64,000 bases of DNA from an uncultured Chloroflexia bacterium (GCA_963720755.1 CAVRGP010000015.1:32001-96000); one strand, 5' to 3'. Positions 49,870-61,280 are shown, numbered from the stretch's first letter. Notes: generated by a model not told the origin, from the sequence alone. Numbers and translations are program-made.

Positions 49870-51857
49870 CGGTCGAGTTTGGTCGGACCGATCCCGGGGA
49901 CCCGCCGGAGCTCCGCGATCGAACGCGGCTCGCGCGCGGCGATGGCCTCGATGGTCGTGTCGTGGAAGACGATGAACGGCGCGACCTTGTCCGCCCGGGC
50001 TCGGTCCGTCCGCCAGGCACGGAGGGCATTCGACAGCGGTGATCGCTCGCCGGGCTCGACGGGTGGGCCCGAGCGACGAGTCGCCGGCGTGCCTGGCCCC
50101 GTCGATCGTCCAGCGGCTTTCGGGACGAGCCCGTCGAGGAACCGTGAGCGACTCCGGCGACCTTCGCGTCCGGTGACCGCAGTCCGGCTGGCGGCCCATG
50201 ACAACCACAGATGACGCCTGGCCCGGGTGATCCCGACGTAGAGCAGCCGGCGCTCCTCTGCGACCTCGGACGGCTCCTTCGCCTGCCGGATCGGCAGGGT
50301 GCCCTCCTCGAGCGCCGGCAGGAAGACGGCATCCCATTCCAGGCCCTTGGCCCGGTGGTAGGTCAGCAGTTCGACCCCGCTGGCCTCGCCACCCGCCTCG
50401 ACGTCCGACAGTCGGGCGACTTCCGCGAGGAAGGCCGACAGGTCTGCCGCCGGCTCCACCCGGATGAGATCGTCCGCCAGTTCGAGCAGGGTGACGACGG
50501 CCGCATGACGTTCGGCCGCGGCGCCGCCGTCGGGCACGGTATCGCGCCGGACCCCGAGTTCCCGCTCGAACGCGATGGCCAATCGATCGGACAGCGAGCC
50601 AGGCGGCTCGTCCTGCCCGGCGGCGGTCGCGACTCGGACCGCCCGACGCACCTCTGGGCGGGCGAAGAAGCGTTCGCCCCGGACGTGGAAGGGGATCCCG
50701 GCCGCCCCGAGTTCGCGCTCGATCGCCGGGAGCTGGGCGTTGATCCGCACGAGGACGGCCATCGCACCATACGCGGTCCCATCCCTGGCCAGACGTCGGA
50801 TCGTGGCGATGACGGCCGCCAGTTCGGCATCGTCCGTCGCGAACCCACCGATCTCCGGGGCCGGTCCGGACGGAAGGCTCGGCACGAGGCGTTTGGGTGG
50901 TCGCGGAAGCGCGCCCGGCACACGTTCGTCGAGCGCCTGGCGACCATCGCCCAGGACCCGCTCGGCCAGGGCCAGCACCTCCGGCGTCGACCGGTAGTTC
51001 GTCTCGAGGGTGACGAGTCGCGCGGTCGGGAAGCGATCGGCGAATCCGATCAGGTAGTCGCTGGTCGCCCCGGTGAAGGTGTAGATCGTCTGGTCCTCGT
51101 CGCCGACCACGGCGAGGTCGTCGCGGCCACCCAGCCACGCATCGAGGAGCGCGGCCTGGAGTGGGTTGGTGTCCTGGTACTCGTCGACCGAGAACCACCG
51201 ATACCGGTCACGAACCTCGCCGGCGATCGCCGGGTCGCCTTCGATCAGGCCGATCGTCAGCTCGAGCATGTCCTCGAAGTCGATCCGGCCCGCGCGGCCT
51301 TTGGCGGTCTCGTAGCGCCGGTAGAGGCCGGCCATCAGGTCTGGCGGCAGGGGGGCGTCGCGTCCGTCGTCGATCGCTCGTCGCTCGTAGTCGGCGGGTC
51401 CGATCCGGCGCGCCTTGGCCCACTCGATCTCCGCCGCGAGGTCACGGACCGCCAGGTACCGGTAACCGCCTGGCAGGCTTGATGCGAGCGGCCCGAGGAG
51501 CGCCGCCTTCGACGCGAGGATCGTCGGTGGGTCCGTCTCGTGGAAGCGCGGCCAGAAGTGTCGGAGTTGGCGAAGCGCGGCGGCATGGAATGTGGAGGCG
51601 GCCACGCCGCGGTGGCCGAGCCGGATCAGCCGATCGGCCATCTCTCCGGCGGCCTTGTCCGTGTAGGTGACCACGAGGACATCGCGCGGTCGCACGACCT
51701 CGGTTGCCAGGGCGTAGGCGACCCGTCGGGAGATGACCCGCGTCTTCCCGCTCCCTGCACCGGCCAGGATGCACAGCGGGCCGGAGGTGATCGTCACGGC
51801 CAGGCGCTGAGCCGGGTCCAGGTCGTCGAGAAGGTCGTCGGGTCGGCGAGCTACCAC
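49827..51857 (-). CDS. uvrD2: ATP-dependent DNA helicase UvrD2 (with HRDC domain)
   Basis: AGAGSGKT, VDEYQD, VGDEDQTIY, NYRS, HRAKGLEW and EERRLLYVGITRA motifs; HRDC LRAWR...GIGPTKLDRYG; TACGAT 6 nt before GTG. Confidence 0.9.
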   Translation of the reverse strand: MVARRPDDLLDDLDPAQRLAVTITSGPLCILAGAGSGKTRVISRRVAYALATEVVRPRDVLVVTYTDKAAGEMADRLIRLGHRGVAASTFHAAALRQLRHFWPRFHETDPPTILASKAALLGPLASSLPGGYRYLAVRDLAAEIEWAKARRIGPADYERRAIDDGRDAPLPPDLMAGLYRRYETAKGRAGRIDFEDMLELTIGLIEGDPAIAGEVRDRYRWFSVDEYQDTNPLQAALLDAWLGGRDDLAVVGDEDQTIYTFTGATSDYLIGFADRFPTARLVTLETNYRSTPEVLALAERVLGDGRQALDERVPGALPRPPKRLVPSLPSGPAPEIGGFATDDAELAAVIATIRRLARDGTAYGAMAVLVRINAQLPAIERELGAAGIPFHVRGERFFARPEVRRAVRVATAAGQDEPPGSLSDRLAIAFERELGVRRDTVPDGGAAAERHAAVVTLLELADDLIRVEPAADLSAFLAEVARLSDVEAGGEASGVELLTYHRAKGLEWDAVFLPALEEGTLPIRQAKEPSEVAEERRLLYVGITRARRHLWLSWAASRTAVTGREGRRSRSRFLDGLVPKAAGRSTGPGTPATRRSGPPVEPGERSPLSNALRAWRTDRARADKVAPFIVFHDTTIEAIAAREPRSIAELRRVPGIGPTKLDRYGDEIVALVVAET

Positions 51858-52024
51858 GCGGCCATCGTAGCGGGCGGGCGTGCACCGGCGGTCAACCGGT
51901 GCGGACACGCCCTCGTCAAGTCCGCCACGGGGCTTGCCAGACGTGGATCGGCCGGTAGGATGGGTGGCGCGCGAGGGCGGCGGGTTACGACCGACCCCGA
52001 TGTACATGAGGGAGGCACGCGCCC

Positions 52025-52549
52025 GTGACCGAATCGACACCGACCGAACCCACGCCCGAGCCGGCCGCCCCGACGCCGGCCCCGCCAGCCTCAGCCCCGG
52101 TGAGCCCCGCGCCGGCGCCTGCGGCCGCACCGCCATCGACGACATGGACACCGCCGGCCTCCGCGAGCGCCGGTCAGGCGGCGGCCCGTCCGACCGGGAT
52201 CACGATCCTGGCCGTTCTCGCGGCCATCGGCGGAGTGTTCGGACTCCTTGCCGGATTCGCCGTCCTGTTCGTCGGGACCGTGTTGTTCGGTGCGCTCGGC
52301 GGACTTCTCGGGATCGCCGCCCTTGCCTATGCAGGGCTGCTGATCGCGTTCGCCTACGGCGCGTGGACCCTCAAGCCGTGGGCGTGGCCCCTCGGCGTTG
52401 CCGTTGCCGCGTTCGGGATCATCCTGTCCGTGGTCTATATCCTCGGCGGATCGAGCATCACCAGCCAGGCGATCGGGATCGTCATCGACGGCGCGATCCT
52501 GTACTACCTCAACCAGCCCGGGATCAAGGCCATCTTCGGCCGCGCCTGA
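52025..52549 (+). CDS. Membrane protein with a Pro-rich N-terminus
   Basis: SD GGAGG; RPTGITILAVL...KPWAW...YYLNQP.IKAIF; 4 TM segments. Confidence 0.8.
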   Translation: MTESTPTEPTPEPAAPTPAPPASAPVSPAPAPAAAPPSTTWTPPASASAGQAAARPTGITILAVLAAIGGVFGLLAGFAVLFVGTVLFGALGGLLGIAALAYAGLLIAFAYGAWTLKPWAWPLGVAVAAFGIILSVVYILGGSSITSQAIGIVIDGAILYYLNQPGIKAIFGRA

Positions 52550-52579
52550 CGTTCGCGGAGGGGCGCCGCACGGCGCCCC

Positions 52580-53314
52580 TCAGAACGGCGGCCAGGGAAC
52601 GGCCGGCCAATCCGGCGACGGATAGGGGAACCGAGCCGTGGCCAGGAGGGCATCGGCCCGGCGGGTCGTCGCCCGCACCTCGGCCTTCGACAGCAACGTC
52701 CTGAGCGTCTCGCCAAGGTCGGTGTCGAGCGCCGCCCGGATCGCTCGCACGCCCTCCAGCTCAGCGTCATCGAGCGGGCGTCCGCGCCAGGCCCATAGGA
52801 CGGTCCGCAGCTTCGGGACGGGCGAAAAGGTCACTCCATGGTCGACGCCGTAGATGTGCCGGCCGCCATCCACGGGCAGGATGTGGCCGCCTTTGCGGTC
52901 CGTGTTGTTCATGACCGCGTCGAGCACGGCCATCCGTCGCAGCCGGGGATCGTCCTCGACGACCATGGCGACGACATCCACGTCCGTATCCATCTCGACG
53001 TAAGCCTGGACCATCCCCTCACCGAACGGCCCGTCGCGGAGCACGGTGGGTGGGACGATCGACCAGCCACTCGCCTCCGAGACGTGCCAGGCGGCCACCT
53101 CGCGATTGGCCAGCGTCCCATCCGGGAAGTCCGCAAGTGGGCGTTCGCCCTGGGTCGGCTTGTAGATCGCGTGCAGGGTGAGGGCCGGTTCGGGGTCCGG
53201 GCAGGGCAGGGTCATCGTGACCAGCATCGCGTTGTTCGACGATCCGACGATCCGACCGATGATGTCGATGTCGCCGTCGCGGAGCACCTCCAGCGTCGGT
53301 CCGCGATCGATCAC
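52580..53314 (-). CDS. SCO1664 family protein (PI3/4-kinase-like fold)
   Basis: AIYKP..GERPL.DFPDGTLANRE, NNTDRKGGH, DHG and KLRTVLW motifs; WPAVPWPPF end. Confidence 0.9.
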   Translation of the reverse strand: MIDRGPTLEVLRDGDIDIIGRIVGSSNNAMLVTMTLPCPDPEPALTLHAIYKPTQGERPLADFPDGTLANREVAAWHVSEASGWSIVPPTVLRDGPFGEGMVQAYVEMDTDVDVVAMVVEDDPRLRRMAVLDAVMNNTDRKGGHILPVDGGRHIYGVDHGVTFSPVPKLRTVLWAWRGRPLDDAELEGVRAIRAALDTDLGETLRTLLSKAEVRATTRRADALLATARFPYPSPDWPAVPWPPF

Positions 53315-53326
53315 GGCCGCGATCCG

Positions 53327-53893
53327 TTAGTTGACGTAGTGGCCGTTACGGCGGGGGCAGATGTGCCCCTGCGGATCGAGCGGCGCGCCGCATAGCGGGC
53401 ACGGAGGTCGGCCGGACGCGACGATCCGGGCGGCACGCGCGACGAACGACCGGGCCGCTTCGGCCGAGAGCATGACCCGCAGGAGGTCCGGGCCGTCTTC
53501 GTCCTCGTCGTCGTCCTCGTCCGGGTCGATCGCCTCGCCGTCTTCCGATTGGGCGCGCGCTTCGACGAGGACGCGTTCCGCCTCGCCATCCCAGCCGAGC
53601 GTCAGAGAGCCGGCCCGGAACGCCTCGTTGAGGGGCTCGTCGAGGGGGCCCTGGTCGTCGGTTGGGGTCGAGCCCTCGTCATCGGGCGCAGCGGCGACAC
53701 CGCGTCGGCCAAGCTCCGAGAGGAGTTCCGACAGTCGCTCGGCGAGCACCGCGACCTGGACCTTTTCGAGGACGATGCTGACGACCCGGGCGCCGTCCCG
53801 GGCCTGCAGGAAGAAGGTGCGGTCACCGGGCTGGCCGACCGTGCCGGCCACGAACCGCTCTGGAGGGTCGAACAGATAGCGACGTCGAGGCAT
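53327..53893 (-). CDS. DUF3090 family protein
   Basis: GTVGQPGDRTFFLQA, LEKVQV and GRPPCPLCGAPLDPQGHICPRRNGH motifs; TAGAGT 6 nt before ATG 53893. Confidence 0.9.
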   Translation of the reverse strand: MPRRRYLFDPPERFVAGTVGQPGDRTFFLQARDGARVVSIVLEKVQVAVLAERLSELLSELGRRGVAAAPDDEGSTPTDDQGPLDEPLNEAFRAGSLTLGWDGEAERVLVEARAQSEDGEAIDPDEDDDEDEDGPDLLRVMLSAEAARSFVARAARIVASGRPPCPLCGAPLDPQGHICPRRNGHYVN

Positions 53894-53945
53894 CATCTGA
53901 CTCTATCCGTTTCGTCTCGAAGCCGCCACGAAGGTGCGCCGAGGC

Positions 53946-55523
53946 TCAGCTGACGCTCACCGTGACGGTATCCCAGCCTCGCGCCCCGTCGGGTGCGGGT
54001 CGCGACGGTGTCTCCTCCTGGAGCGCGCCGGTGCCATCGGTCGCCCGGACGGTGATGATGTGGTCTCCGGGCGTCGCTGCCCAATCGAGGACCCACTGGA
54101 CCCAGGTCTGGTCGGAGATCGGAGTGGACATCCGGGCGTCCTGCCAGACACCGTCGACGGCGACCTCCACCCTGGATACGCCTCGATCGGGGGCCCAGGC
54201 GATCCCGGCGATGGCGACCTGGCCGGCCATCACCCCGTTCTTGGGCGTGTCGATCCGGGATTGGGTCAGGATCGGCGCCTCCTTGGCCCAGCCGAGCGGG
54301 ACCCAGTAGCCGTTGAACGCCTCGAGGGTCGTCAACTCGAGTTCGCTGAGCCACTTCGTCGCCGAGACGTAACCGTACAGGCCGGGCACGATCAGCCGCG
54401 CCGGGTAGCCGTGGTTCGGTGGGAGTGGCTCGTCGTTCATCTTCAGGGCGATCATCGGTTCGCGGGCCGGATCCATCACCCAGGCCGTGGGCATCCCGGC
54501 GGTGAAACCATCGACCGAACGCCCGACGAGCTGGGTCGCGCTGCTCTGAACCCCGGCCATCGCCAGCACCTCGCGCAATCGGACACCGGTCCACTTGGCG
54601 TTCCCGACGAGTCGGCCGCCGACCTCGTTGCTGACGCACGCGATCGTCGTGTATTGCTCGAACATCGGCAGGCTGACCAGCTCGGCCCAGGTGAGTGTCG
54701 TCTCACGATCGACCATCCCGTGGATCCGCAGGGTCCAACCATCCGTGCTCACACTCGGCGTCAGCAGAGCGGTATCGATCCGGTAGAAACGGTCATTGGG
54801 CATGACGATCGGGGTCAAGCCCGCCACGGCGGGCGACAGGTCCTGCGCGGCCGTCAGGGCGGGCGCGATGTCCGAGGCCGGCGGGATGGCCGGTCCGCTC
54901 CCGGCCGGGGCCACGAGTTGGCGTTCGAGGAGCCGGCGTCCGGCGACACCGATCGCCACGGACCCGACCCCGACAGAGGCGGCCCGGATGAGGAACGAGC
55001 GGCGTGACCAGTCCGGCATCTGCGCGACGGGAGCATCCGATGCGATGCGATGCGGCAGCAGCCAACCCAGGATCCACAGGCCGACGCCGACCGCGACCGC
55101 GGATGCGGCCGCCATGATCGCCGGATCGGCGAGGGGATCACCGAGCGCGGCCCCGAACCCGACCACGCCGAACGCGATGAAGATGCCGACGGCGATCGGG
55201 TATCGACGTCGGGCGATGAGGCCGAGCGCCGCTCCGATGACGAGTCCGACAGCGACGACGAACAGTTCCAGGGCCAGCTTGTCGTTCGTCCCGAAGAGCG
55301 AGACCACGACGTCCTTGGCGCCCGGCGGTTGGAGATCGATCGCGATCTGGCCGACCGATGCGACGAGCGATGTCGCCCCCGGCAGTAGTCCGGCCAGCAG
55401 TTCCGAGATACCCAGCGCGGCGGCCACGGCGACGATGCCGGCGATGGCTGCCTGGGCGTCCGGGCGAAGCGACGCGGGTGCCGGGATCGAGGCGGAGCGT
55501 GATGTCTGTGCGGTCGTGCTCAC
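53946..55523 (-). CDS. Molybdopterin-dependent oxidoreductase (sulfite oxidase family) with an N-terminal membrane domain
   Basis: FGTNDK, SRRSFL, FYRIDTAL, Mo-ligating ACVSNEVGG, HGYPARLIVPGLYGYVSATKW and PDGARGW motifs. Confidence 0.9.
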   Translation of the reverse strand: MSTTAQTSRSASIPAPASLRPDAQAAIAGIVAVAAALGISELLAGLLPGATSLVASVGQIAIDLQPPGAKDVVVSLFGTNDKLALELFVVAVGLVIGAALGLIARRRYPIAVGIFIAFGVVGFGAALGDPLADPAIMAAASAVAVGVGLWILGWLLPHRIASDAPVAQMPDWSRRSFLIRAASVGVGSVAIGVAGRRLLERQLVAPAGSGPAIPPASDIAPALTAAQDLSPAVAGLTPIVMPNDRFYRIDTALLTPSVSTDGWTLRIHGMVDRETTLTWAELVSLPMFEQYTTIACVSNEVGGRLVGNAKWTGVRLREVLAMAGVQSSATQLVGRSVDGFTAGMPTAWVMDPAREPMIALKMNDEPLPPNHGYPARLIVPGLYGYVSATKWLSELELTTLEAFNGYWVPLGWAKEAPILTQSRIDTPKNGVMAGQVAIAGIAWAPDRGVSRVEVAVDGVWQDARMSTPISDQTWVQWVLDWAATPGDHIITVRATDGTGALQEETPSRPAPDGARGWDTVTVSVS

Positions 55524-55530
55524 CGGGACA

Positions 55531-56343
55531 TCATCGTCGGTCGATGTGACGTTCTGGTGTCGGCGCCCTGGCCCATCGCCGATCGCCATCCACGCCGACC
55601 GTGATGGGCATGCCGAAGGCGCTGCTGAGCACGTCGCTCCGGATGGTGTCGTCGAGAGGCCCCGCAGCGACCGCGGTGCCACCGGCAAGCACGAGGGCGT
55701 GGCCGAAGCCCGACGGGATCTCCTCCACGTGATGCGAGACGAGGACGATCGCCGCCGGGCGGGCCGCAGAGGCGAGTTCTGCCAGGTCGGCGATGAGCGT
55801 TTCGCGGGCCCCGAGGTCCAGGTTGGCGGCCGGCTCGTCGAGCAGGAGCAGGTCCGGGTCCGGCATGAGCGCCCGGGCGATCGAGGTCCGCCGCCGCTCT
55901 CCCGCCGACAGGCTGCCGTACGGATGATCGGCGATCCCCTCCAGCCCGAAGCGTGCGAGGAGCATGCGTGCCCGTGCCTCGTCCTCCTCTGTGTAGACGT
56001 GCCACCACGGTTCGGTGGCCGCATGGCGGGCGGTCATCACCAGGGTCAACGGGCTGAGGTCGGCCCGAAAGAGACCTTCGACGGCGCTCCCGGCGGCCCC
56101 GATCCGCCGGCGATGCGCACGCGCATCCACCCGGCCGTAGCGTTCTCCCAGCACGTCGACGGTCCCAGAGGTCGGCCACAGGTCGAGGCCGATCACCGAC
56201 AACAGGGTCGTCTTGCCGGACCCGTTCGGTCCGATGACGACCCACCGCTCGCCGGTTTCGATGGTCCAGTCGAGTGGCCCCAGGATGGTCTGGCCCGAGC
56301 GCCGCACCCGAAGTCCGCGGACTTCGACGACCGGGCGGGTCAT
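55531..56343 (-). CDS. ABC ATP-binding protein (ModF/YlmA-like, no partner permease)
   Basis: [22 protein letters not shown] and SHHVEEIP motifs; ATGA coupled to the PBP. Confidence 0.88.
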   Translation of the reverse strand: MTRPVVEVRGLRVRRSGQTILGPLDWTIETGERWVVIGPNGSGKTTLLSVIGLDLWPTSGTVDVLGERYGRVDARAHRRRIGAAGSAVEGLFRADLSPLTLVMTARHAATEPWWHVYTEEDEARARMLLARFGLEGIADHPYGSLSAGERRRTSIARALMPDPDLLLLDEPAANLDLGARETLIADLAELASAARPAAIVLVSHHVEEIPSGFGHALVLAGGTAVAAGPLDDTIRSDVLSSAFGMPITVGVDGDRRWARAPTPERHIDRR

Positions 56344-59117
56344 GGGGCCGGTGGCACCGGTGGCGTGGGCGTGGGCGTGGGCGACGGGGTCGGGCTCGGG
56401 GTCGGCGTCGGTTTCGGGGTCGGCGTCGGGGTCGGTGGTGGCAGGCTGGGTGGCTCGGACGGGACGTCCGAGGGCGACGGACTCGGGGTGTCGGCCGGCG
56501 TGGGCGTCGGGCAGGGCAGTGGCGCCGGACCGGATCCCGACGGGGACGGGATCGCGAAGGACGGGATCACGCCACTCGGATCCGGCGTCGGCAGCAGGTA
56601 GCACGTCGGTGATGGCTGCGGACCGCAACGGCCGCCGACCAACGCTCCCCAGGATGCGCCGTACGGCTGGTAGCCGCCGTTGTAGAAGTACGCGGTGCGG
56701 GTCCGGCTCGGCCCGCCAAGGGTCCCCGGGCCTCGCTCCGCACGACGCAGCCAGTCGGCGTCGGCGGTCATCCAGGAAGGGAACCCGGTCTCGACCTGGA
56801 CGCGCACGACCACGTCGATCCCGCAGGTCTCGGGGGCGAGCGGCGTGGTCGGCTGCGTGCCCACGATGTACCACTCGTTGACCGTGTTGCTGCCACTGGA
56901 CGGCAGCCCGGTCCATGGATCGATCCTGACCCTGGTGAGACCATCGGATGGCGGCTTGAAATCGGTGATCGGCCAGCTCGCCGTGGCCTCGTTCAGGAAC
57001 CCCTGCCAGACATAGGTGGAGACATCGATGGAGAACAGCGGTTGGCTCGACGTCGAGACCGGGGTGTTGTCCGAATTGCCATTCCAGACACCGACCGCGA
57101 GGGCATAGGCGCCTGCGGCCCGGCCCTTGTTCGTCGGGGCCGCGATGTATCCGTACGCGTTGAGGTCCTTGGTGTCGTTGTTGGTGCCGGTCTTGAGGGT
57201 CGCCGGCCGTCGGCCATCTGGCGACCGGATCGCGAACTTGCCCCAGTAGGGGTTGACCCTCGGGTTCGTGTTGCCGGCGAGGATGTCGGTCACGATGTAG
57301 GCGGCCTGCGGGCTGACCGCCGGCGTTCCGGCGGGTGGGACATACGGCGCGACGACGTCGGCGCCCTTGGTGTCCGTGACCGTCAGGATGGTCGTGTGGG
57401 GGATCTCCTGACCGCTGTTTGCCAGCGTGCCGTACGCGGTGACGAGGTCGACGGGACGGACCTCCTGGACGCCAAGGGCGAGCGCGAGTTCCGCGGTTCG
57501 CTGGCCCTGGAAGACCATCCCGAAGTCCTGGGCCTTGGCGAAGGCATGGGCGGGTCCGTTGATCGCCATCGCCTTGACCGATGGGATGTTGAGCGAGAAC
57601 TGGAGGGCGTTCCGGACGCGGACCGGGCCTCGTTCAAGCCGATCGGCGTCATTCGGGGTAAAGCCCTTGCCGAAATCCGTGCCGACGTCCATCAGCATCG
57701 TCCCGGCCGTCAGGGATTTGTCGTTGATGGCGATCGCGTAGTTGAACGGCTTGAATGCCGAGCCGGGTTGGCGGAAGCCTTTCCCGATGACGTCGTACTG
57801 AGGCTGGAACTTGTCCTTGGTCGAGGTCGCGTAGTAGTTGGCGCTCCCGACATAGGCGACGAGTTCGCCGGTCTGGTAATCGAGCGCGACCAGGGCGCTG
57901 TTGCGCAGGTCCTTGTTGCGCAGGTTCTGCATCCACGGCTCGAGCTTCGAAAACCCGAGCGCCTTGGCCGCAGCCGTGGGGTTCTTGGCATGGGGCACGA
58001 TGGCCGCGGCCTTGACCCACTTCTCGGCGATCTTCTGAAGCCCGACATCGAGCGTCGTGGTCACCCGCAGGCCACCCAGCTGGAGAGCGTCACAGGTCGG
58101 GGTATCCGGGCCACATAGCTTGGTCGCGAGCTCGTCTCGGACCGCCCACACGAAGTGCGGCGCGATCCAGCGCGTGGCCGACTGCCCCGCCAGGACGACC
58201 GGGTCGCTCTGCGCGGCGATGAATTCGGCGGGCGAATACTGGGTCCCGGACATCGGCGTCCGGCCATCGGCCAGGAGTCCCAGGATGAGATCGCGGCGCT
58301 GGACCACGGCCGAGTCCGGCTGGACGACGAGTTCTGATACGGGGCAATCCTCACCGTCGGCGACGACCGTGGTGCATGTTTCCTTGGCATTGCGCACGAG
58401 GTCGTAGTTGGATGGCGACTTGGGCAGTCCGGCGATGATCGCGGCCTGGGCGGGGTCGATATCGGCCAGGTCGATCCCGAAGTAGGACTGGACCGCGGCC
58501 TTCACGCCGTAGCTCTGGTTGCCGTAGTAGTTCTGGTTGAGATACGCGGTGATGATCTCCTGCTTGCCCTGCACACCGGGGAAGGCGGCCGTCACCCGGA
58601 CCGACTGGATGATCTCCTTGAGTTTGCGCTCGAGGTTCCGGCTGGGATCCTGGACGAGTGCCGGATCGAGCAGGCGGGCTCGCACCAGTTGCTGGGTGAT
58701 CGTCGACGCACCGCGGCTGTCGCCACGCAGGGAGTCGAGCGCTGCCGAGACGATCGCGACGGGATCGAAGCCGGCGTTCTCCCAGAAGGTCTTGTCCTCG
58801 ACCGCCGTCGTGGCGTCGAGCAGGATCTTGGGGATCTCGTCGAACGTGACGACCTCGCGCTGGGCGTCGCCGAAGCGAGCCAGCTCGACCTTCCCGGTCC
58901 GGTCGTAGATGACCGTCTCCTGGGGCAGGACGTACTTGGTCAGAGTGGTCGGGTCGGCGAGGCCGGACGCCAGCGAGTTGTAGGCGCCGACCGCCGCAAT
59001 GGCTGCGATGGCGCCGACGCCCGCCATGAACAGGAACAGGATGACCGCGATCCAGCCGAGGGTCGTCGGTTTCGTTCGGCGGGGCCGTCGGCGAGTGGCC
59101 TGGTGGGTTGCGGTCAT
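56340..59117 (-). CDS. Class A penicillin-binding protein (transglycosylase-transpeptidase)
   Basis: N-terminal TM; [13 protein letters not shown] and RKLKE motifs; SAFK (SxxK), SLN and KTG; Pro/Thr-rich C-terminal tail. Confidence 0.93.
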   Translation of the reverse strand: MTATHQATRRRPRRTKPTTLGWIAVILFLFMAGVGAIAAIAAVGAYNSLASGLADPTTLTKYVLPQETVIYDRTGKVELARFGDAQREVVTFDEIPKILLDATTAVEDKTFWENAGFDPVAIVSAALDSLRGDSRGASTITQQLVRARLLDPALVQDPSRNLERKLKEIIQSVRVTAAFPGVQGKQEIITAYLNQNYYGNQSYGVKAAVQSYFGIDLADIDPAQAAIIAGLPKSPSNYDLVRNAKETCTTVVADGEDCPVSELVVQPDSAVVQRRDLILGLLADGRTPMSGTQYSPAEFIAAQSDPVVLAGQSATRWIAPHFVWAVRDELATKLCGPDTPTCDALQLGGLRVTTTLDVGLQKIAEKWVKAAAIVPHAKNPTAAAKALGFSKLEPWMQNLRNKDLRNSALVALDYQTGELVAYVGSANYYATSTKDKFQPQYDVIGKGFRQPGSAFKPFNYAIAINDKSLTAGTMLMDVGTDFGKGFTPNDADRLERGPVRVRNALQFSLNIPSVKAMAINGPAHAFAKAQDFGMVFQGQRTAELALALGVQEVRPVDLVTAYGTLANSGQEIPHTTILTVTDTKGADVVAPYVPPAGTPAVSPQAAYIVTDILAGNTNPRVNPYWGKFAIRSPDGRRPATLKTGTNNDTKDLNAYGYIAAPTNKGRAAGAYALAVGVWNGNSDNTPVSTSSQPLFSIDVSTYVWQGFLNEATASWPITDFKPPSDGLTRVRIDPWTGLPSSGSNTVNEWYIVGTQPTTPLAPETCGIDVVVRVQVETGFPSWMTADADWLRRAERGPGTLGGPSRTRTAYFYNGGYQPYGASWGALVGGRCGPQPSPTCYLLPTPDPSGVIPSFAIPSPSGSGPAPLPCPTPTPADTPSPSPSDVPSEPPSLPPPTPTPTPKPTPTPSPTPSPTPTPTPPVPPAP
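56344..56520 (-). repeat. Low-complexity PT/PS coding repeat at the PBP C-terminus
   Basis: [26 protein letters not shown]. Confidence 0.8.
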
Positions 59118-59267
59118 GGACGCGATGAGACTCCGCTAGGTGGCGTAAGGATGACGTACTCGCACCAGATCGCGTCCGAAGGGCGGCGGACGCGACGGAT
59201 CAGTGGCGGAACGGCCAGATCGGAGACGCTCGACCGACCCGCGATGTGTCGGCCCTGGTCAAGGGGT

Positions 59268-60263
59268 TCACCGGATGGTGTCCGTGGCGGTTCGATCGAC
59301 TGCCGAACGGAGGATCGCCGCCAGGTCCGCCCGATCGGGGAGGCTCGTCTGATCGCCGACAGCCGACGCCACCGCCGCCCCGCAGGCGTTGCCCATCTCG
59401 AGCGACATCGCGATGTCCGTCCCGTCCAGCTGGCCGGCGATGAAGCCGGCGCAGAAGGCGTCGCCGGCCCCGACCGGATCGACGACGATCGGGATCGGCA
59501 CGCCGGTCCGCGCCACCGGACCGCCACCATCGCGGACGAGCGCGAGCGAACCGCCAGGCCCGAGCTTCGCGATGGCGATGCGCGGTCCGAGACCCGTCGC
59601 GGCGACCAGCAGCTGTTCGGGTTCCTCGCCGGCGCCACAACCCGGTCACCACGGCCAGCTCGTCCGGCGCTCCCGAAGAGGACGTCTGACCCTGGCCGTG
59701 AGCGCTCGCAGGACCGGAGCGGCCGTTTCCTCCGACCATAGCCGGCGTCTCAGGTTCAGGTCGAGACTCACGGTGAGTCCCGCCGCCCGGGCGATCTCGA
59801 CCGCTCGATCCGTCGCCGCCCGACAGCGCTCCGAGAGGGCGGGTGTGATCCCGGTCAGGTGGAGCCAGCGAGCACCGTCGAACAACCCATCGGAGACCGC
59901 CCGATCCACATCGGTCGGATCCAACCGTGAACCTGCGGATCCCCGGCGTGCGTACACGACCTTGGCCCCACCGATCACGCCCCGCTCGCGGAACATGAGC
60001 CCGGTCGGCGCCGCGGGATCGACGGCGAGGGCACGAACATCGACCTTCTCGCCTCGCAGGCGTCGGACGATCGCATCGCCGAACCCGTCCTGACCCACGC
60101 GACCGACGAAGCCGACCGAGTGGCCCAGCCGGGCGAGGCCGACGGCGACGTTGGCTTCGGCGCCGGCGACGAAGCGATCGAACGATGGAACGTCGGCCAT
60201 CGGGCCGGGCGTCGAGGCGACGAAGGCGACCAGGCACTCGCCGATGGTCACGACGTCGGTCAC
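59268..60263 (-). pseudogene. PfkB family sugar kinase (KDG kinase-like), locally frameshifted (probably assembly error)
   Basis: AGAEANVAVGLARLG, LHLTGIT and DLNLRRRLW motifs; C-terminal DPVGAGDAF in the same frame. In-frame TGA at 59646-59648 within a ~50-bp stretch with three +1 shifts. Confidence 0.8.
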
Positions 60264-60327
60264 CGCGAGGTACCAACGCGTGCCGAGGCCACTGCGTCGA
60301 CGGCTGTGTACCCCCGACCGCCGGCAG

Positions 60328-60522
60328 TCAACGCCGGGTCACGGCCATGAATACGCGCCTGATCGATCGGGCCGCGAGGACCACGACTAGCCCGAGGACG
60401 ATCGCGCCCGGGCCGTGCGGAAGTCCGTTTCCCGTCTCGTACAGTCCGAGCCGCTCGAGGAAGCTACCCGCTCCTTCTGATCGCTCGCTTTCGCCCGGGT
60501 CCCGGGTCGGCTTGCGGGCCAT
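60328..60522 (-). CDS. Small hypothetical membrane protein
   Basis: 64 aa, one hydrophobic segment; ATG overlaps the Crp-gene stop (TGATG). Confidence 0.5.
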   Translation of the reverse strand: MARKPTRDPGESERSEGAGSFLERLGLYETGNGLPHGPGAIVLGLVVVLAARSIRRVFMAVTRR

Positions 60523-61223
60523 CAGCGGTGGCTCCGTTCCTGCCAGCGCCCGACCTGGGCGGCAACGCGGCCGACATCGAGGATCTCGATCGAACCAGCT
60601 GTCGTGGCGACCAGGCCCTCGTCGCGGAAGGCGTGAAGGATCCGTGCGACCACCTCGCGGACCGTGCCGACGCTATCCGCGAGCTTCTGCTGGGTGATCC
60701 TGACGATGACCCGCCCGGACGCCGGGTCAGGATGGGCCAGGTCCAGGAGGTGGCCCGCCACCCGCTCCCGCATGGAGCCGAAGGTGCTCGATGCCAGGGT
60801 GGCGTACAGGTCCTCGAGGCGCTGGCTCAGGACGGACATGACGACGAGGCTGGCGGCAGGGTCCGACTCGATGATCCGAAGCATGAGCTTCGCATCGAAC
60901 TCGAGGACCCGACAGTCGGTCACGGCCGCGATCCCGAGTGGGGCCCGATCGCCGGCGATCGGATAGACATTGCCGATGGTTCCTCCAGGTCGAATATAGC
61001 GGACCGTCATCTGACGACCGTCGGCCGCGCCGAGGTAGGCCCGGGCGATCCCATCGACGATCATCCCGGTCCTCGTCCAGTTCGCTCCCGGCGGAAAGAT
61101 CGTCTCGTCCGCACGGGCGGTCCATTCGGTCGCTTCGGCCTGGATCCGTTCACGAACGAACGGTCCCAATCGGTCGAGGAACGAGGCATCGCCCGCGACG
61201 ACACCGCTCGCTGGGTCGGGCAC
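60522..61223 (-). CDS. Crp/Fnr family transcriptional regulator
   Basis: cNMP-like beta-barrel (DGRQMTVRYIRPG), ERVAGHLL, and HTH ITQQKLADSVGTVREVVARIL; SD GGAG. Confidence 0.9.
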   Translation of the reverse strand: MPDPASGVVAGDASFLDRLGPFVRERIQAEATEWTARADETIFPPGANWTRTGMIVDGIARAYLGAADGRQMTVRYIRPGGTIGNVYPIAGDRAPLGIAAVTDCRVLEFDAKLMLRIIESDPAASLVVMSVLSQRLEDLYATLASSTFGSMRERVAGHLLDLAHPDPASGRVIVRITQQKLADSVGTVREVVARILHAFRDEGLVATTAGSIEILDVGRVAAQVGRWQERSHR

Positions 61224-61264
61224 GACAACTCCAGTCCGTCAGCCGGGTTGGGGACGCCGGCCCG

Positions 61265-61280
61265 TGTGACTTGGGTCACG
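61265..61280. promoter_or_regulatory. CRP-type operator TGTGA-N6-TCACG
   Basis: TGTGActtgggTCACG, 9/10 match to the CRP consensus, between the Crp gene and the divergent secreted-protein operon. Confidence 0.75.

Noticed and set aside
47890-51198. 1102-aa minus-strand ORF
   Set aside because: R/G/P-rich shadow frame over the ABC permease, nitrilase and UvrD2, with no motifs; typical of high-GC DNA.
59646-59648. In-frame TGA in the PfkB kinase as selenocysteine or readthrough
   Set aside because: The residues around it are garbled, and the expected family sequence is recovered in neighbouring frames, consistent with three compensating insertions.
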